DNA from: Thermoplasmata archaeon
GTDB lineage: Archaea > Thermoplasmatota > Thermoplasmata > Halarchaeoplasmatales > Halarchaeoplasmataceae
NCBI GenBank assembly: GCA_003560595.1
Contig: PWKY01000070.1
Location: 2,540 to 66,539, forward strand
Direction: 5' to 3'
DNA length: 64,000 nucleotides
The position numbers were made by a program, and so were the translations under genes. Below are positions 18,501 to 27,149 of the stretch, in pieces. Numbering within the stretch: position 1 is the stretch's first letter; each line of letters begins with the position of its first letter. The notes under the pieces were generated by a model that did not search any database, was not told the origin of the DNA, and worked only from the letters and a program-made list of their open reading frames with translations.

Positions 18501-21500
18501 GATCCCTGTGTCAATGCTTATCTCCTCGTAAATTTGTGTTAATTCTGGAGGAAATTGGATATACTCGATCGATAAATGTGCAGGTCTAGTCACGGTCACG
18601 GGTAGATTAAGTTCAATGTCATCTAACTCTACACTTATTATCCGTTCCTGACTTGTTTCTAATTCCATCTCAGCAGACCATACTTCGGATATGGTCAATG
18701 TATCTCCACCGTTTAAGGGTGGTATATCCACTTGTCTTATCTCATCATCGTCAACATAAAATGTTATATGGGTTGCTTCAGAAGTCCATCCACCCATATT
18801 TTCTATTGTTACATCGATAGTTAGTTCTTCGTCCTCGTATATCTCCTCATGACTCAACTGGAAATCGGTTATCTGTAGATCGGACTCACTTAATATAGAG
18901 AGGGTCCGAGAGAGTTCATTATCAAATCTATCTTCTACATCGATCTCATGATTAGGATCAACCACGACTATGATATCATATTCACCTACATCAGGATATT
19001 CCCAATCTAAAGGTGTGGTTGTGACATACTCGGTACCGTTACCAGCCACATCTATGTATTCGGTTCCTATCCGATGTTCCTCATCTATATGATCATAGTA
19101 AAAGGAAACGTTTACATTCTCAACATCGATCCCACCTATGTTATCTATACCTGCAGATATGTTTATAGGGGTATTATATTCGATCCTATTATCAGGTAAG
19201 ATCGTCAGGTCGAGCGCACGTAGTAATGGTTTCCATCCTACAGTTATATCCGTTTCAGCAAGATGTTTATCATCATCCCATGTTTGTATCTCGTCATAAG
19301 GATCAACCGCGGCGATGATGGTATGGTCACCGATTTCATTCGGCACCCAAAGTGTAGTTGCTGTAGCGCTTTCGTTTTCACCGATGTAAGATATTTCTTC
19401 TTGACTGATCGATCTGAAAACGCCGGCTTCATCCTGGGAATAAAATTCTATTGTTACATTACTTGCATAATAATCACCCAGGTTATGAACAGTTAACTCA
19501 ATGGTAACATTGGTCTCCTGAGCTACAAAGCTGGTAGGTTCACCATTAACTAGAGTGAATATATCTGCATCAGAGGTATGTAGATCAGGGCTTGGTATAT
19601 CCATATCAAATATCAGATCGATCTCCTTTACATTGTCATGCATATTAGGGAACGAGGTTTGAGTGATATCTTTAAAGGTCTCGTTTTGTTCTACACCTCT
19701 CTCCTCATCTTCAAAAAGACCCTGAAGGGTATAGTGTCCGAGGTATTTACTGTTAGGCCAGTTTTGAGGATGTGTGATATTATCGCTCAATAGGAACATA
19801 AACGTTTGACCCCTTTCGTTTGTGATATATTTCCCACTAGTTGTGTTGTAATGGACATCAAACTTCCGTTCCATATAGTCCAGCGCTTCAGGATTGTATT
19901 CCGGGTCATTATATCTGCCCCTCATCAGGTTGAAGGATATTTCAGCGCCACTGAGTAAATTATCTGAATTGTCTTTAGCGGTTAAATCGATCCAACGATA
20001 TATGTTTACGTTAGAAGCTTCATCGGTCACCACTATGGGGTCACCTTCAGGTGTGGGTTCAGTATCGGTTGGTACTAATCCGTATGTTTTCAAATTAGAA
20101 CCGCCCAGCAATCTTATCACCCTATGATTTTGATCAGCGTTCGCCATCCAATTTGTCTTATCTGTCTGTTGAGTAGAATCTCGCGGATCGACGTCACTCG
20201 GATTAAAGTCTATGTCTATCACACTGTTTATTACAGTCATGGTCGAGTCCCACAATTGCATGTCGTTATCGAAAGCGGAATAAAGTTTTATGTCTTCGAT
20301 GACGATATCCTCATCTGCAGTATTGTTTATCCACACTGTGAGGTCCTTAGTGAAGCGGTTTCCATGGTAACCTATCTTATCCAGACCCGGTTCAAAGATG
20401 TTTGCATCATTATCATTAGGGATATGAAATGCTTCTTTGATTCCATCAGGTGTTGAATAATATACTGTACCTTGGGCATCCTCTTCCGCTTCAAATTCCA
20501 CACCTATGAATAAAGCACTGATCTTATTGAATGGATTCATGTAAGGATATCTCACGTCGCCACCAGGTGTAGGGAACTGTGGATTAAGTAGGTTCCAAGC
20601 ATCCACTTGAACGTGCTCTCCCGGCCCGATTATGACCTGATCCAACAAACTCCATCCGGTGACGGTTATCTGATCTAAACGCCATCCGCCTCCGCTTCCA
20701 CTCTCTGAAACGTTTGTGGCTGCAGTCCAATTAAGGTGTATTGTTTCACCGATATAATCAGTTAAGTCGAAAGTTACCGATTCCCAACCTTGTGTTCCAC
20801 CCCACGCATATTCGTCAAAGAGAAGATTCGTGTTATCTTCAACGGTTCCGTCGTAATCGCCTTCAGGATAGATTATCTCCCAAGGGCCATCTACCCCATC
20901 TGTAGATATCTTCAGGTTTCCAGCATCGTTCAACTCGGAGTCATTGAAATCCCTCCAATGTTCAAAGGTTAATTCAGCTTGATACATGTCATCCGATATC
21001 TCTATAGATGGAGAGATCAACCAGCTCATCAAACTGCCTTCTGTGGTCTTATTGAATGAGCCGTCACCCCAATCCCATGCATCATCTATAATACTCCATT
21101 CACTCGCATTTTCATCATTAGTACCAGATATGTATCCCAAATCTTCTGATACATCGTCATAAAATATAGGGATCTCATCTGATTCGGTGTAATCTCCCAG
21201 AAGATCATCTGCGTCCCATTCCATGGTATTTAGATGTTCATTTTTATAATTACTTATTATCTCGGAGTCCTCTATAAGTACGTGTGATCCTTTATTAGCT
21301 ATCAACCTTGGACAATCATTATTATCGCTTATTCCAACGGCAGGTACTGTGCCGGGATTGAGCCATGTATAATCAAATTGAGGAACATCATCTAATGGTT
21401 CAAAGGTGGATTCTCTAAGGGTAAGGTTTGAATTTTCAATATAGACCCATCCAGGGAACTTAAAAGATGAATTTTCAATCAGCTGTATCGAAGAACCATC

Positions 21501-21920
21501 GTAAGCAGAGATATTTGTTTTTAGGAACGGTCTGAGTGTATTTTCTCTTAGCCTTGTTGTAATTGTACTGTCGATCAATGTTAATTCTCCACCGTCACGT
21601 ACAGTTATATTCCAGGGATTATAACCATCGATAAGTAGAGTCAATGTAGATCCTTTAAGTATAAGAGAACCAGTTGAGTTGATCTGGATGCTAGCATCTA
21701 TCGGGAATTGTTCTCCATCTAAAATCACTTCTTCATCGATATACCAGACATCGCTTTCACCGTCAAAATTTTGTAAGGTATAGTTACTACCCTCTTCTTC
21801 AATGCTTCCAAAATTTTCGTTGCTCAGATATGCAACAGAAGGTGAAACTGTTCCCAAAACTAATATCATTATTATGGCTAGCCCTATGTACTTAAGACAA
21901 TATTTTTTTCTCTGCTTCAT
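15591..21920 (-). CDS. giant cell-surface protein (2109 aa) with Sec signal, beta-helix/CARDB-like repeats, single C-terminal TM helix and a cytoplasmic tail bearing three CxxC...CxxC zinc ribbons and lysine-rich tandem repeats
   Basis: Signal peptide (MKQRKKYCLKYIGLAIIMILVLGTVSPSVAYL). Long N/T/D/E-rich ectodomain. TM helix (IPLWMVALIIIVVVAASLVGMILYL). Tail zinc ribbons: CGECGSTIPAESTSCPKCG; CSECGEWIPGESSECPHCG; CPQCGSLNSVDDALCQKCG. Tail ends with two (EEKPPQKKVVKKV) repeats. Confidence 0.7.
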   Translation of the reverse strand: MKQRKKYCLKYIGLAIIMILVLGTVSPSVAYLSNENFGSIEEEGSNYTLQNFDGESDVWYIDEEVILDGEQFPIDASIQINSTGSLILKGSTLTLLIDGYNPWNITVRDGGELTLIDSTITTRLRENTLRPFLKTNISAYDGSSIQLIENSSFKFPGWVYIENSNLTLRESTFEPLDDVPQFDYTWLNPGTVPAVGISDNNDCPRLIANKGSHVLIEDSEIISNYKNEHLNTMEWDADDLLGDYTESDEIPIFYDDVSEDLGYISGTNDENASEWSIIDDAWDWGDGSFNKTTEGSLMSWLISPSIEISDDMYQAELTFEHWRDFNDSELNDAGNLKISTDGVDGPWEIIYPEGDYDGTVEDNTNLLFDEYAWGGTQGWESVTFDLTDYIGETIHLNWTAATNVSESGSGGGWRLDQITVTGWSLLDQVIIGPGEHVQVDAWNLLNPQFPTPGGDVRYPYMNPFNKISALFIGVEFEAEEDAQGTVYYSTPDGIKEAFHIPNDNDANIFEPGLDKIGYHGNRFTKDLTVWINNTADEDIVIEDIKLYSAFDNDMQLWDSTMTVINSVIDIDFNPSDVDPRDSTQQTDKTNWMANADQNHRVIRLLGGSNLKTYGLVPTDTEPTPEGDPIVVTDEASNVNIYRWIDLTAKDNSDNLLSGAEISFNLMRGRYNDPEYNPEALDYMERKFDVHYNTTSGKYITNERGQTFMFLLSDNITHPQNWPNSKYLGHYTLQGLFEDEERGVEQNETFKDITQTSFPNMHDNVKEIDLIFDMDIPSPDLHTSDADIFTLVNGEPTSFVAQETNVTIELTVHNLGDYYASNVTIEFYSQDEAGVFRSISQEEISYIGENESATATTLWVPNEIGDHTIIAAVDPYDEIQTWDDDKHLAETDITVGWKPLLRALDLTILPDNRIEYNTPINISAGIDNIGGIDVENVNVSFYYDHIDEEHRIGTEYIDVAGNGTEYVTTTPLDWEYPDVGEYDIIVVVDPNHEIDVEDRFDNELSRTLSILSESDLQITDFQLSHEEIYEDEELTIDVTIENMGGWTSEATHITFYVDDDEIRQVDIPPLNGGDTLTISEVWSAEMELETSQERIISVELDDIELNLPVTVTRPAHLSIEYIQFPPELTQIYEEISIDTGIYNAGGETVEVHIYFYEDTSLIGHETTMIGGLTSTEISTDWEPGTWGNTEITVEVYVDEELHDLERVIKPIFSEGYQDDMIVNDNNTPVTLRGYSSNGFIVVEEGGELTIGGEQDRRILEMIQDHDNEFSVIVRDQGRLIIDNLMVYSDNQYSILVEDDAHLEIMDSIIYGEVTIQASGDSILNIYDSSIRGAMDITSAEFNVYESEFTSTDIMVNPLSMEGINSTFQGHLNDFYHTHAELIAVESPSIDVFGQARVNVSLWMTIRTESYGGVLLTGTHVRINSIDTEYQVEGTTQDGVVNLPALTNILTPQRRRYVGNYEIYAEYSERETEESYTDQIRLPSYPPEEYVIDITITFEDLLIPDLAVTDDDLTIDPIDVQLGDLVRIHADVSNLGMADAFQVSVGFYLEVGPDEYELIDTDTLTRVDSGATERATGVWDAADMIDQDLSEESRRIRVYIYPEMDPLSDPKLENNEAFTQITVRSPPRPEFDLMEIIMLVDGRPIENNTVLERDDIEISVHIVNHGGTLYSNASIEFSYDDVLIGQNITDMPVGQVLNVTESWTADVTGEVTIDVVLNTTTEIQSISRTITVEEMDLRFVGVSVPLEDKDMGEIVTVLGDVVRDIDGKPLRDITVNAYLIDEDGNVEAEAQGVTGEGGSFYIDLVTPEKGGTFWVLLQPEGYEVEYTSDSFQVIDPAAGIPLWMVALIIIVVVAASLVGMILYLKFKGEGEWVECGECGSTIPAESTSCPKCGTDFEMDTVKCSECGEWIPGESSECPHCGVEFITTGKEVEDYSESMKKQYEKYINKNKRLAKEDLGDDFTEEEFMDWWMEQPSYLTFDDWLEQEEARRRKGGIECPQCGSLNSVDDALCQKCGSSIVQFAPVSSTEEKDEDDEALLLDLEDIEKIGEEETEEEKPPQKKVVKKVEKPQDEPEEEEEKPPQKKVVKKVKKQPKRVSKRVKKKVVKKPDDE
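15662..15770. repeat. direct repeat inside the 3' end of the giant gene (32-bp core ACTACCTTCTTCTGCGGAGGCTTCTCTTCTTC repeated with a 77-bp period)
   Basis: Identical 32-mers at 15662-15693 and 15739-15770. Each encodes an EEKPPQKKVVKKV repeat of the cytoplasmic tail. Confidence 0.6.
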
Positions 21921-22090
21921 TTAATCCACCGATGATTGTTAGATTTTAGCTCTTCCAACATTACGTTGACACCTGTTAAATGTTTTTGCCCTTTATGTGA
22001 ATAAAGATTAATGATATATAAAAGATTCTCCTAAATTTCAGTATAGAATACACTAAGGTCAGATATAGGTATGTGGAATCATATTTATAT

Positions 22091-22750
22091 TCAATCGGCT
22101 TTAAAGCCGAAGTACGACCTTAATACATCAAGGGCTTGTTCTACATATTTTGCTACATCATAGATACGCGTGAGCTCAAAAACGAATAATATGACTATAG
22201 AAGAAAGTAAAAGGCCCCCTATAACATCAGATGGATAGTGATCACCTCGTGATACCATACCCATAGCTACAAGAGAAGGTACCACTATAATCGGTATAAT
22301 TTTCTTCAATGAAAAATCTCTTTTAAGGACAAATAAGTATATACCCAAAAAAAAGGTCATGGACCCAACGGTATGTCCACTTGGATAGGAATATATCGAA
22401 AGAAAGGGTAAAGTTTCAGCAGACGGGCATATTAGTTCAGGTCTGGGTCTTGCAATAACTTCTTTTACCGCTTGGTAAGAAAACAATGCGATCCCTAAAA
22501 CACTTGAGAAGAGGAAGGCCCGGGTATACCTTTTGGTTAGTAATAGTGAAAAGATGATCAGTAAAGAAGAACCGATCAGGAAGTAGGTTCCCCCGAATAT
22601 TGTTATACCCTGCAGCCATATGCCGCCATATCCGTGAAAATCATGTAACGCGGTATTATCGATTTCATCGATCGTTCCCGAAGCTACCGCTAAGGTTAAA
22701 ATAACAAAGAGTATAAGAAATATGTACATACATAACCTATAGTTTGACAT
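22091..22750 (-). CDS. PAP2-superfamily membrane phosphatase
   Basis: 219 aa polytopic protein. The three PAP2 motifs are present: KEVIARPRP, YSYPSGHT and SRGDHYPSDVIGG. Confidence 0.7.
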   Translation of the reverse strand: MSNYRLCMYIFLILFVILTLAVASGTIDEIDNTALHDFHGYGGIWLQGITIFGGTYFLIGSSLLIIFSLLLTKRYTRAFLFSSVLGIALFSYQAVKEVIARPRPELICPSAETLPFLSIYSYPSGHTVGSMTFFLGIYLFVLKRDFSLKKIIPIIVVPSLVAMGMVSRGDHYPSDVIGGLLLSSIVILFVFELTRIYDVAKYVEQALDVLRSYFGFKAD

Positions 22751-22885
22751 TGGAATCCAAGATTGTTACTGTTTATTAGCTTTTTTGTATCGATTAACGA
22801 ATTAACTGACTACTTAGATCTCGGTAGAGGATGGTACAAAAATCCTTATACTCCCGCGTTATATTAACTAAGCAGAGGTAAAAAG

Positions 22886-23344
22886 ATGGTGAATATGAAT
22901 TTGGTAGGTCGGTGTGGTCTTTACTGTGGATCTTGCATAATATACCGGGCGGAGAGGGATTCAGAGCAGTTGAGGATGGATATAGCTAAGGAGAACGGAT
23001 GCGAACCCGGAGACGTCCAGTGTAGTGGATGCCAAAGTGTGCTGGTCGATGGGTGGGATTCAGATAACGTTTGGGGAAAGAACTGTGAGATAGTGAAATG
23101 CTTGGATAGTAAAGGGATGAGCACCTGTTACGATTGTGAAGTAAAGTGCCACAGCTTTAAAGAATGGTACGAACACATGCAGGAACACGGAGAGGACCTT
23201 GAACAGAACCTAGAGAAGATAAACGGTGGGGATCTAAAGGAATGGTTGAAAGAAAAGGAGGATAAATGGTCCTGTAAAGAGTGTGGTAAACCGCTTATAA
23301 TCAACCTCGATAGATGCCATCGGTGTGGGGAGTCGATAAGATGA
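22886..23344 (+). CDS. Cys-rich DUF3795-like protein
   Basis: 152 aa. N-terminal CGLYCGSCxxY motif and many further Cys pairs (CSGC, CYDC, CKEC, CHRC). Confidence 0.5.
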   Translation: MVNMNLVGRCGLYCGSCIIYRAERDSEQLRMDIAKENGCEPGDVQCSGCQSVLVDGWDSDNVWGKNCEIVKCLDSKGMSTCYDCEVKCHSFKEWYEHMQEHGEDLEQNLEKINGGDLKEWLKEKEDKWSCKECGKPLIINLDRCHRCGESIR

Positions 23345-24048
23345 AAGTCATAACACCTATGGAAAAGAAAGAGGGGGCAGGTGCTAGGATAAAACGTCTT
23401 TTTCCAAGCGAAGACATAAACCATTATGACCCCTTTGTGCTTCTTGACGAGTTCTTTGTAGACCCTTCAAAAGGATTTCCCGAACATCAACATGGAGGAT
23501 TCGAAGCTATAACTTACATGCTGGGGGGAGGATTTAGACATAAAGATAGTCTAGGCAACGACTCTACGGTATATAAAGGAGGTGTACAGAAGTTCACCGC
23601 CGGAAAAGGAATAATACATTCAGAGATGCCTGCAGGTACCGAAGAAAGTCACGGATTCCAACTTTGGGTAAATCTACCTAAGATGTCCAAGTATATGGAT
23701 CCGGATTACATAGCTTTAAGATCAGAAGACATACCTGAGCATGAAGAGGGTGGTAATAGAGTGAGGAGCATAGTTGGGAAGGGTTCCCCCATAAGATTCC
23801 AGGCTGAGATTACGTATAAAGACATACATTCAAAAAAGGAGTACGAATTGAAGGTGCCGGATGAACATCGAGGGCTGATGTATGTTTACGAAGGAAAGGT
23901 GGAGTTGCAAGGAAATACTATGGAACCTTCCAGTGCGGTACTTATCGATGGAGGAACTGTTAGATGCGTAGAACCTTCCCGATTCATATTCCTAACCGGT
24001 AAACCACTCGGTGAAAAAATAACGCTACGAGGTTCCTTTGTGGAGTAA
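23341..24048 (+). CDS. pirin-family cupin protein
   Basis: Pirin N-terminal motif FPEHQHGGFEAITYMLGG, with the metal-binding His/Glu pattern. The likely start ATG at 23341 overlaps the upstream stop (ATGA). Confidence 0.75.
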   Translation: MKVITPMEKKEGAGARIKRLFPSEDINHYDPFVLLDEFFVDPSKGFPEHQHGGFEAITYMLGGGFRHKDSLGNDSTVYKGGVQKFTAGKGIIHSEMPAGTEESHGFQLWVNLPKMSKYMDPDYIALRSEDIPEHEEGGNRVRSIVGKGSPIRFQAEITYKDIHSKKEYELKVPDEHRGLMYVYEGKVELQGNTMEPSSAVLIDGGTVRCVEPSRFIFLTGKPLGEKITLRGSFVE

Positions 24049-24072
24049 AAAAGAAAGGGAAGGGGTTTTTAG
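24047..24072. terminator. candidate bidirectional terminator (A-tract, GGGG, T5)
   Basis: The element aaaaagaaagggaaggggtttttag lies between convergent pirin (+) and the DUF5320-like gene (-). Confidence 0.4.
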
Positions 24073-24429
24073 CTAATCGCTGCTGAGCTCCTGTATCCTA
24101 GATTCTATGTTCTCGAGTTCCTTTTTTAGGCCCTCTGCATAGCGTTTTAGTCCCTCAAGCTCGTCATCTTCTGAATATCTATAGACCGGCTCAGCGTAAG
24201 GTGGCTCAACGTATGGATCACGGATAGGGATTGAGGGTCTCCAGTACCTTCGTCTAAATCCTCGTCCCCTACCGCGTCCGCGTCCTCTACCTAGTCCCAT
24301 ACCTCGACCTTTGGTGAACCCAGGACTGGAATATCCTGCACAGTAACCTAGTGCTCTTCCGGTCATGGGTCCAAAGCCGTCAGGTCCTGTTCCGTCTCCT
24401 CTTGGCATGTTATCACCACTATAACACAT
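24073..24429 (-). CDS. DUF5320-like RG-rich small protein
   Basis: 118 aa. N-terminal MPRGDGTGPDGFGPMTGRALGYCAGY, as in DUF5320. It is followed by a (GR)n tract and a C-terminal coiled-coil-like segment. Confidence 0.5.
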   Translation of the reverse strand: MCYSGDNMPRGDGTGPDGFGPMTGRALGYCAGYSSPGFTKGRGMGLGRGRGRGRGRGFRRRYWRPSIPIRDPYVEPPYAEPVYRYSEDDELEGLKRYAEGLKKELENIESRIQELSSD

Positions 24430-24502
24430 ATGTTATGTTATATTTAATCTTTGTGCACATATGAGTAAAATAAAAAATCATCAAGTTCGTGCTTTTAAAA
24501 AT

Positions 24503-24940
24503 TTACTCTTGATCTAATGGACAGATATTCTTCTCACAAGAAGGGATCTCGTTCCCGTGAGGGCACTTAATAGGAGCGCCAAGCTTCTCACACATCTCAT
24601 CTATCATCTCTTTGTCGAATATGTGTTCCATCTGACACGCCTTTTCATGCATATCCTCCATGGGTAAAGAGAAATACTTGTCTAGGAAGACTTCTAAAAC
24701 CCTGTGTGTACGTACGATATTCATACCTACATCCCTGCCCTTCTCAGTCAATTTAACACCGTAATATGGTTTGTAGGTTATGTACCCTTCATCTTCCAGC
24801 AACGGAAGTATCTCCGTCACAGAAGGTGGTGCTAATCCCATATGTTTTGCTATCTCCCCTGTGCGCACCGACTTATCGGAAGAACCATTTGAGAGTTTGA
24901 ATATAGCTTCGAGGTATTCCTCACGGGTCTCGCGATTCAT
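24503..24940 (-). CDS. DtxR/MntR-family metal-dependent transcriptional regulator
   Basis: 145 aa. HTH region (TGEIAKHMGLAPPSVTEILPLLEDEGYI...RTHRVLEVFL). C-terminal His/Cys/Glu metal-site residues present. Confidence 0.7.
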   Translation of the reverse strand: MNRETREEYLEAIFKLSNGSSDKSVRTGEIAKHMGLAPPSVTEILPLLEDEGYITYKPYYGVKLTEKGRDVGMNIVRTHRVLEVFLDKYFSLPMEDMHEKACQMEHIFDKEMIDEMCEKLGAPIKCPHGNEIPSCEKNICPLDQE

Positions 24941-24993
24941 GCTGATAACAGAAGATATATGGTTTAAATAGGTTTTGGGAATCCTAAAATTTC

Positions 24994-25833
24994 ATGGCAC
25001 ATTCTTATATACATGAAACCGATGGAATATCGATAAAAATGTACGATAATATCCCGAAGGAAGTAACTAATATAGTTGTGACAGGAAAGAGCGGTGCCGG
25101 TAAACAACCCAGGATTGACGTATTAGTGGACGAATTCGATCTCCAGCAGCTATCCACGGGTAACATATTCCGAACTTATCTAGGAAAGTTTAACGAGTAT
25201 GATTTTGAAGGTGACCTTTCTCAATTCTGGGCCGATGAAGAGGAGTGTTTCTTACCGGATAAAGAGATATCCAAAAAGCTAGACACGGAAGATCCCGGTG
25301 TTATATTAGGGATGAAGGCAAAGTACTTTGTGGACAGAGGTCTTTTTGTGCCGGATTATATCACCAACGAGCTTTTCAGATCATACTTCGGACGGAGAGA
25401 TTTTAGAAAACAAGTACTTGATGGATATCCACGAACCCTATCTCAAGCGAAATTCCTATTAGATTTACTTGAGGAGCAAAACACCGATATCGATTTTATC
25501 CTGTGGGTTGAGAACGAAGACCAAAAGATAATCGAAAGGACTATCAAGCGTAGGATATGTCCTGATTGTAATAAAGTATATCACCTTGAATACGCCCCAC
25601 CTCCGGAAGGAAAGTGTGGAGAATGCGATGTTGAAGTGATACAGAGGTCCGATGATACCGAAGAAAAGATACGCTCACGGCTTAACGAATTCAAAGAAAA
25701 AGTAGTACCGGCTATGGAATATATGAAAGAGCACGGTATCAGCATCGCAAAAGTCCCGGGGCATCTAGAAGAGTTTACTCCGGAAAACGTTCGCAGGAGT
25801 GTTCTAGAAGCTGTAGAAGAGATCTACAAGTGA
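24994..25833 (+). CDS. adenylate kinase-like protein (long, Zn-LID type) with atypical P-loop
   Basis: 279 aa. LSTGNIFR is equivalent to the AK LSTGDMLR motif. Zn LID present (RICPDCNKVYHLEYAPPPEGKCGECDVEVIQRSDDTEEKIRSRL). The P-loop reads GKSGAGKQP instead of GxPGxGKGT. There is a ~30-aa N-terminal extension. Confidence 0.55.
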   Translation: MAHSYIHETDGISIKMYDNIPKEVTNIVVTGKSGAGKQPRIDVLVDEFDLQQLSTGNIFRTYLGKFNEYDFEGDLSQFWADEEECFLPDKEISKKLDTEDPGVILGMKAKYFVDRGLFVPDYITNELFRSYFGRRDFRKQVLDGYPRTLSQAKFLLDLLEEQNTDIDFILWVENEDQKIIERTIKRRICPDCNKVYHLEYAPPPEGKCGECDVEVIQRSDDTEEKIRSRLNEFKEKVVPAMEYMKEHGISIAKVPGHLEEFTPENVRRSVLEAVEEIYK

Positions 25834-25835
25834 GA

Positions 25836-26135
25836 TCATTTTAGGGTGTAACTGCCACCCTCGATCTTTATCCTTTTTCCCTCGGTTAGTGCCTCTGCCA
25901 CCTTTTTTCTAGCGGATTTAAGGTCCTTCCAGAATGTTTTTCTCGAAACTCCCATCTCCACCGCAGCTTCTTCCTGTGTATGATTTAACAGGTCAACCAA
26001 TCTCAATGCTTCGACCTCTTCAACCCTTAATCGAACTTCGAACTGAGCTTCCTCTCGAGGACAAAAAGATGTCTCAGTGGGTGTCCAACCTACCCGTCTC
26101 TTGCCTCTTCTTCTGCCTCTTCTACCACCTGGCAT
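25836..26135 (-). CDS. DUF134 (UPF0251)-family predicted DNA-binding protein
   Basis: 99 aa. Begins MPGGRRGRRRGKRRV. Central sigma-70 region-4-like HTH (LNHTQEEAAVEMGVSRKTF). Confidence 0.5.
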   Translation of the reverse strand: MPGGRRGRRRGKRRVGWTPTETSFCPREEAQFEVRLRVEEVEALRLVDLLNHTQEEAAVEMGVSRKTFWKDLKSARKKVAEALTEGKRIKIEGGSYTLK

Positions 26136-26170
26136 GATGGTTAAATGCCTCTGCCGATTATAAGTACTTT

Positions 26171-26200
26171 TGGAGAAAAAAAATAAGGAAGGGGTTTGGG
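26171..26200. terminator. candidate bidirectional terminator (A8, GGGG, T-rich)
   Basis: The element aaaaaaaataaggaaggggtttgggg lies 3' of the minus-strand DUF134 and MscS genes. It carries the same motif family. Confidence 0.35.
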
Positions 26201-26209
26201 GATATGCAT

Positions 26210-27031
26210 CTACTTATCTAAATGCACGTCCATCTGTGGGTATGGTATATTAAGACCCGCTTCGTCGTAAGCTTCCTTAAGAGCCTTCTGCAGGTCGAAG
26301 AAAACGTCCCAGTAGTCATCCGTCTTGACCCACGGGCGGACCGTAAGAGCTACTGCTGAATCGTCCATGGATTTTATACGCGCTTGAGGGGCGGGGTCGT
26401 TCAATACTTTAGGATGAGATCTCAATACATTGATTGAAGTCTTTATGGCTAGATCAAGATCGTCATCGTAACCAACACCTGTTTCGATATCTATTCGCCT
26501 TATCGGATTGTGGGTGTAGTTGATTATATTATTTCCCCATACGTGTTTGTTCGGTACTATGATGTGCTTGTTGTCGGGAGTATCCAACTCGGTGATGCTT
26601 ATGCCCACCGTCTTTATGACCCCTTCCTCACCATTCACATTGACGTAATGACCAGAGCGGAACGGTTTTGTTATGGCTATCATAAATCCAGCTGCGATGT
26701 TGCTAAGGGTATCTCCCAGGGCGAAGCCGAGGACGAAACCAAGTACAACAGAAACACTAACAAGTGCTGCTCCCACTTGAACTCCTATGAAAGATAAAGA
26801 AACACCTATAACGAAGACGTAAAGTACGATTCTCAGAACTCTAGTGACAAATTCAGTCAGTATCTTACGCATATTGGCCCGGAGCATCTGCTTCTTTATC
26901 ATCGTCGATACTATCTTCACAAGCATGATACCTAGAACCAGGGTTACCACGAACAATATTAGATTCCATAGGCTGAACCCTAGTAAAGGTAAGTTTTCTT
27001 CTAAGCCATAGCCTGCTATTTCTATTGCCAT
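26210..27031 (-). CDS. small-conductance mechanosensitive channel (MscS family)
   Basis: 273 aa. Three TM helices, then the conserved MscS beta domain (GDTLSNIAAGFMIAITKPFRSGHYVNVNGEEGVIKTVGISITELDTPDNKHIIVPN). Confidence 0.8.
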   Translation of the reverse strand: MAIEIAGYGLEENLPLLGFSLWNLILFVVTLVLGIMLVKIVSTMIKKQMLRANMRKILTEFVTRVLRIVLYVFVIGVSLSFIGVQVGAALVSVSVVLGFVLGFALGDTLSNIAAGFMIAITKPFRSGHYVNVNGEEGVIKTVGISITELDTPDNKHIIVPNKHVWGNNIINYTHNPIRRIDIETGVGYDDDLDLAIKTSINVLRSHPKVLNDPAPQARIKSMDDSAVALTVRPWVKTDDYWDVFFDLQKALKEAYDEAGLNIPYPQMDVHLDK

Positions 27032-27149
27032 TTTTAATTCACCTTTTAGGCGAGATAAATAAGGATTTATTTAAATTTATGTTCTATCTAAAGAAGATTG
27101 TGTGTAATCTTTAACAATCTCGCGTGGAGGCGAACAAGATGGTTTCAAG

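Noticed and set aside
22101-22115. Perfect palindrome CGGCTTTAAAGCCG as a terminator or operator
   Set aside because: It lies within the last codons (YFGFKAD) of the PAP2 phosphatase gene, so it is coding sequence and most likely coincidental.
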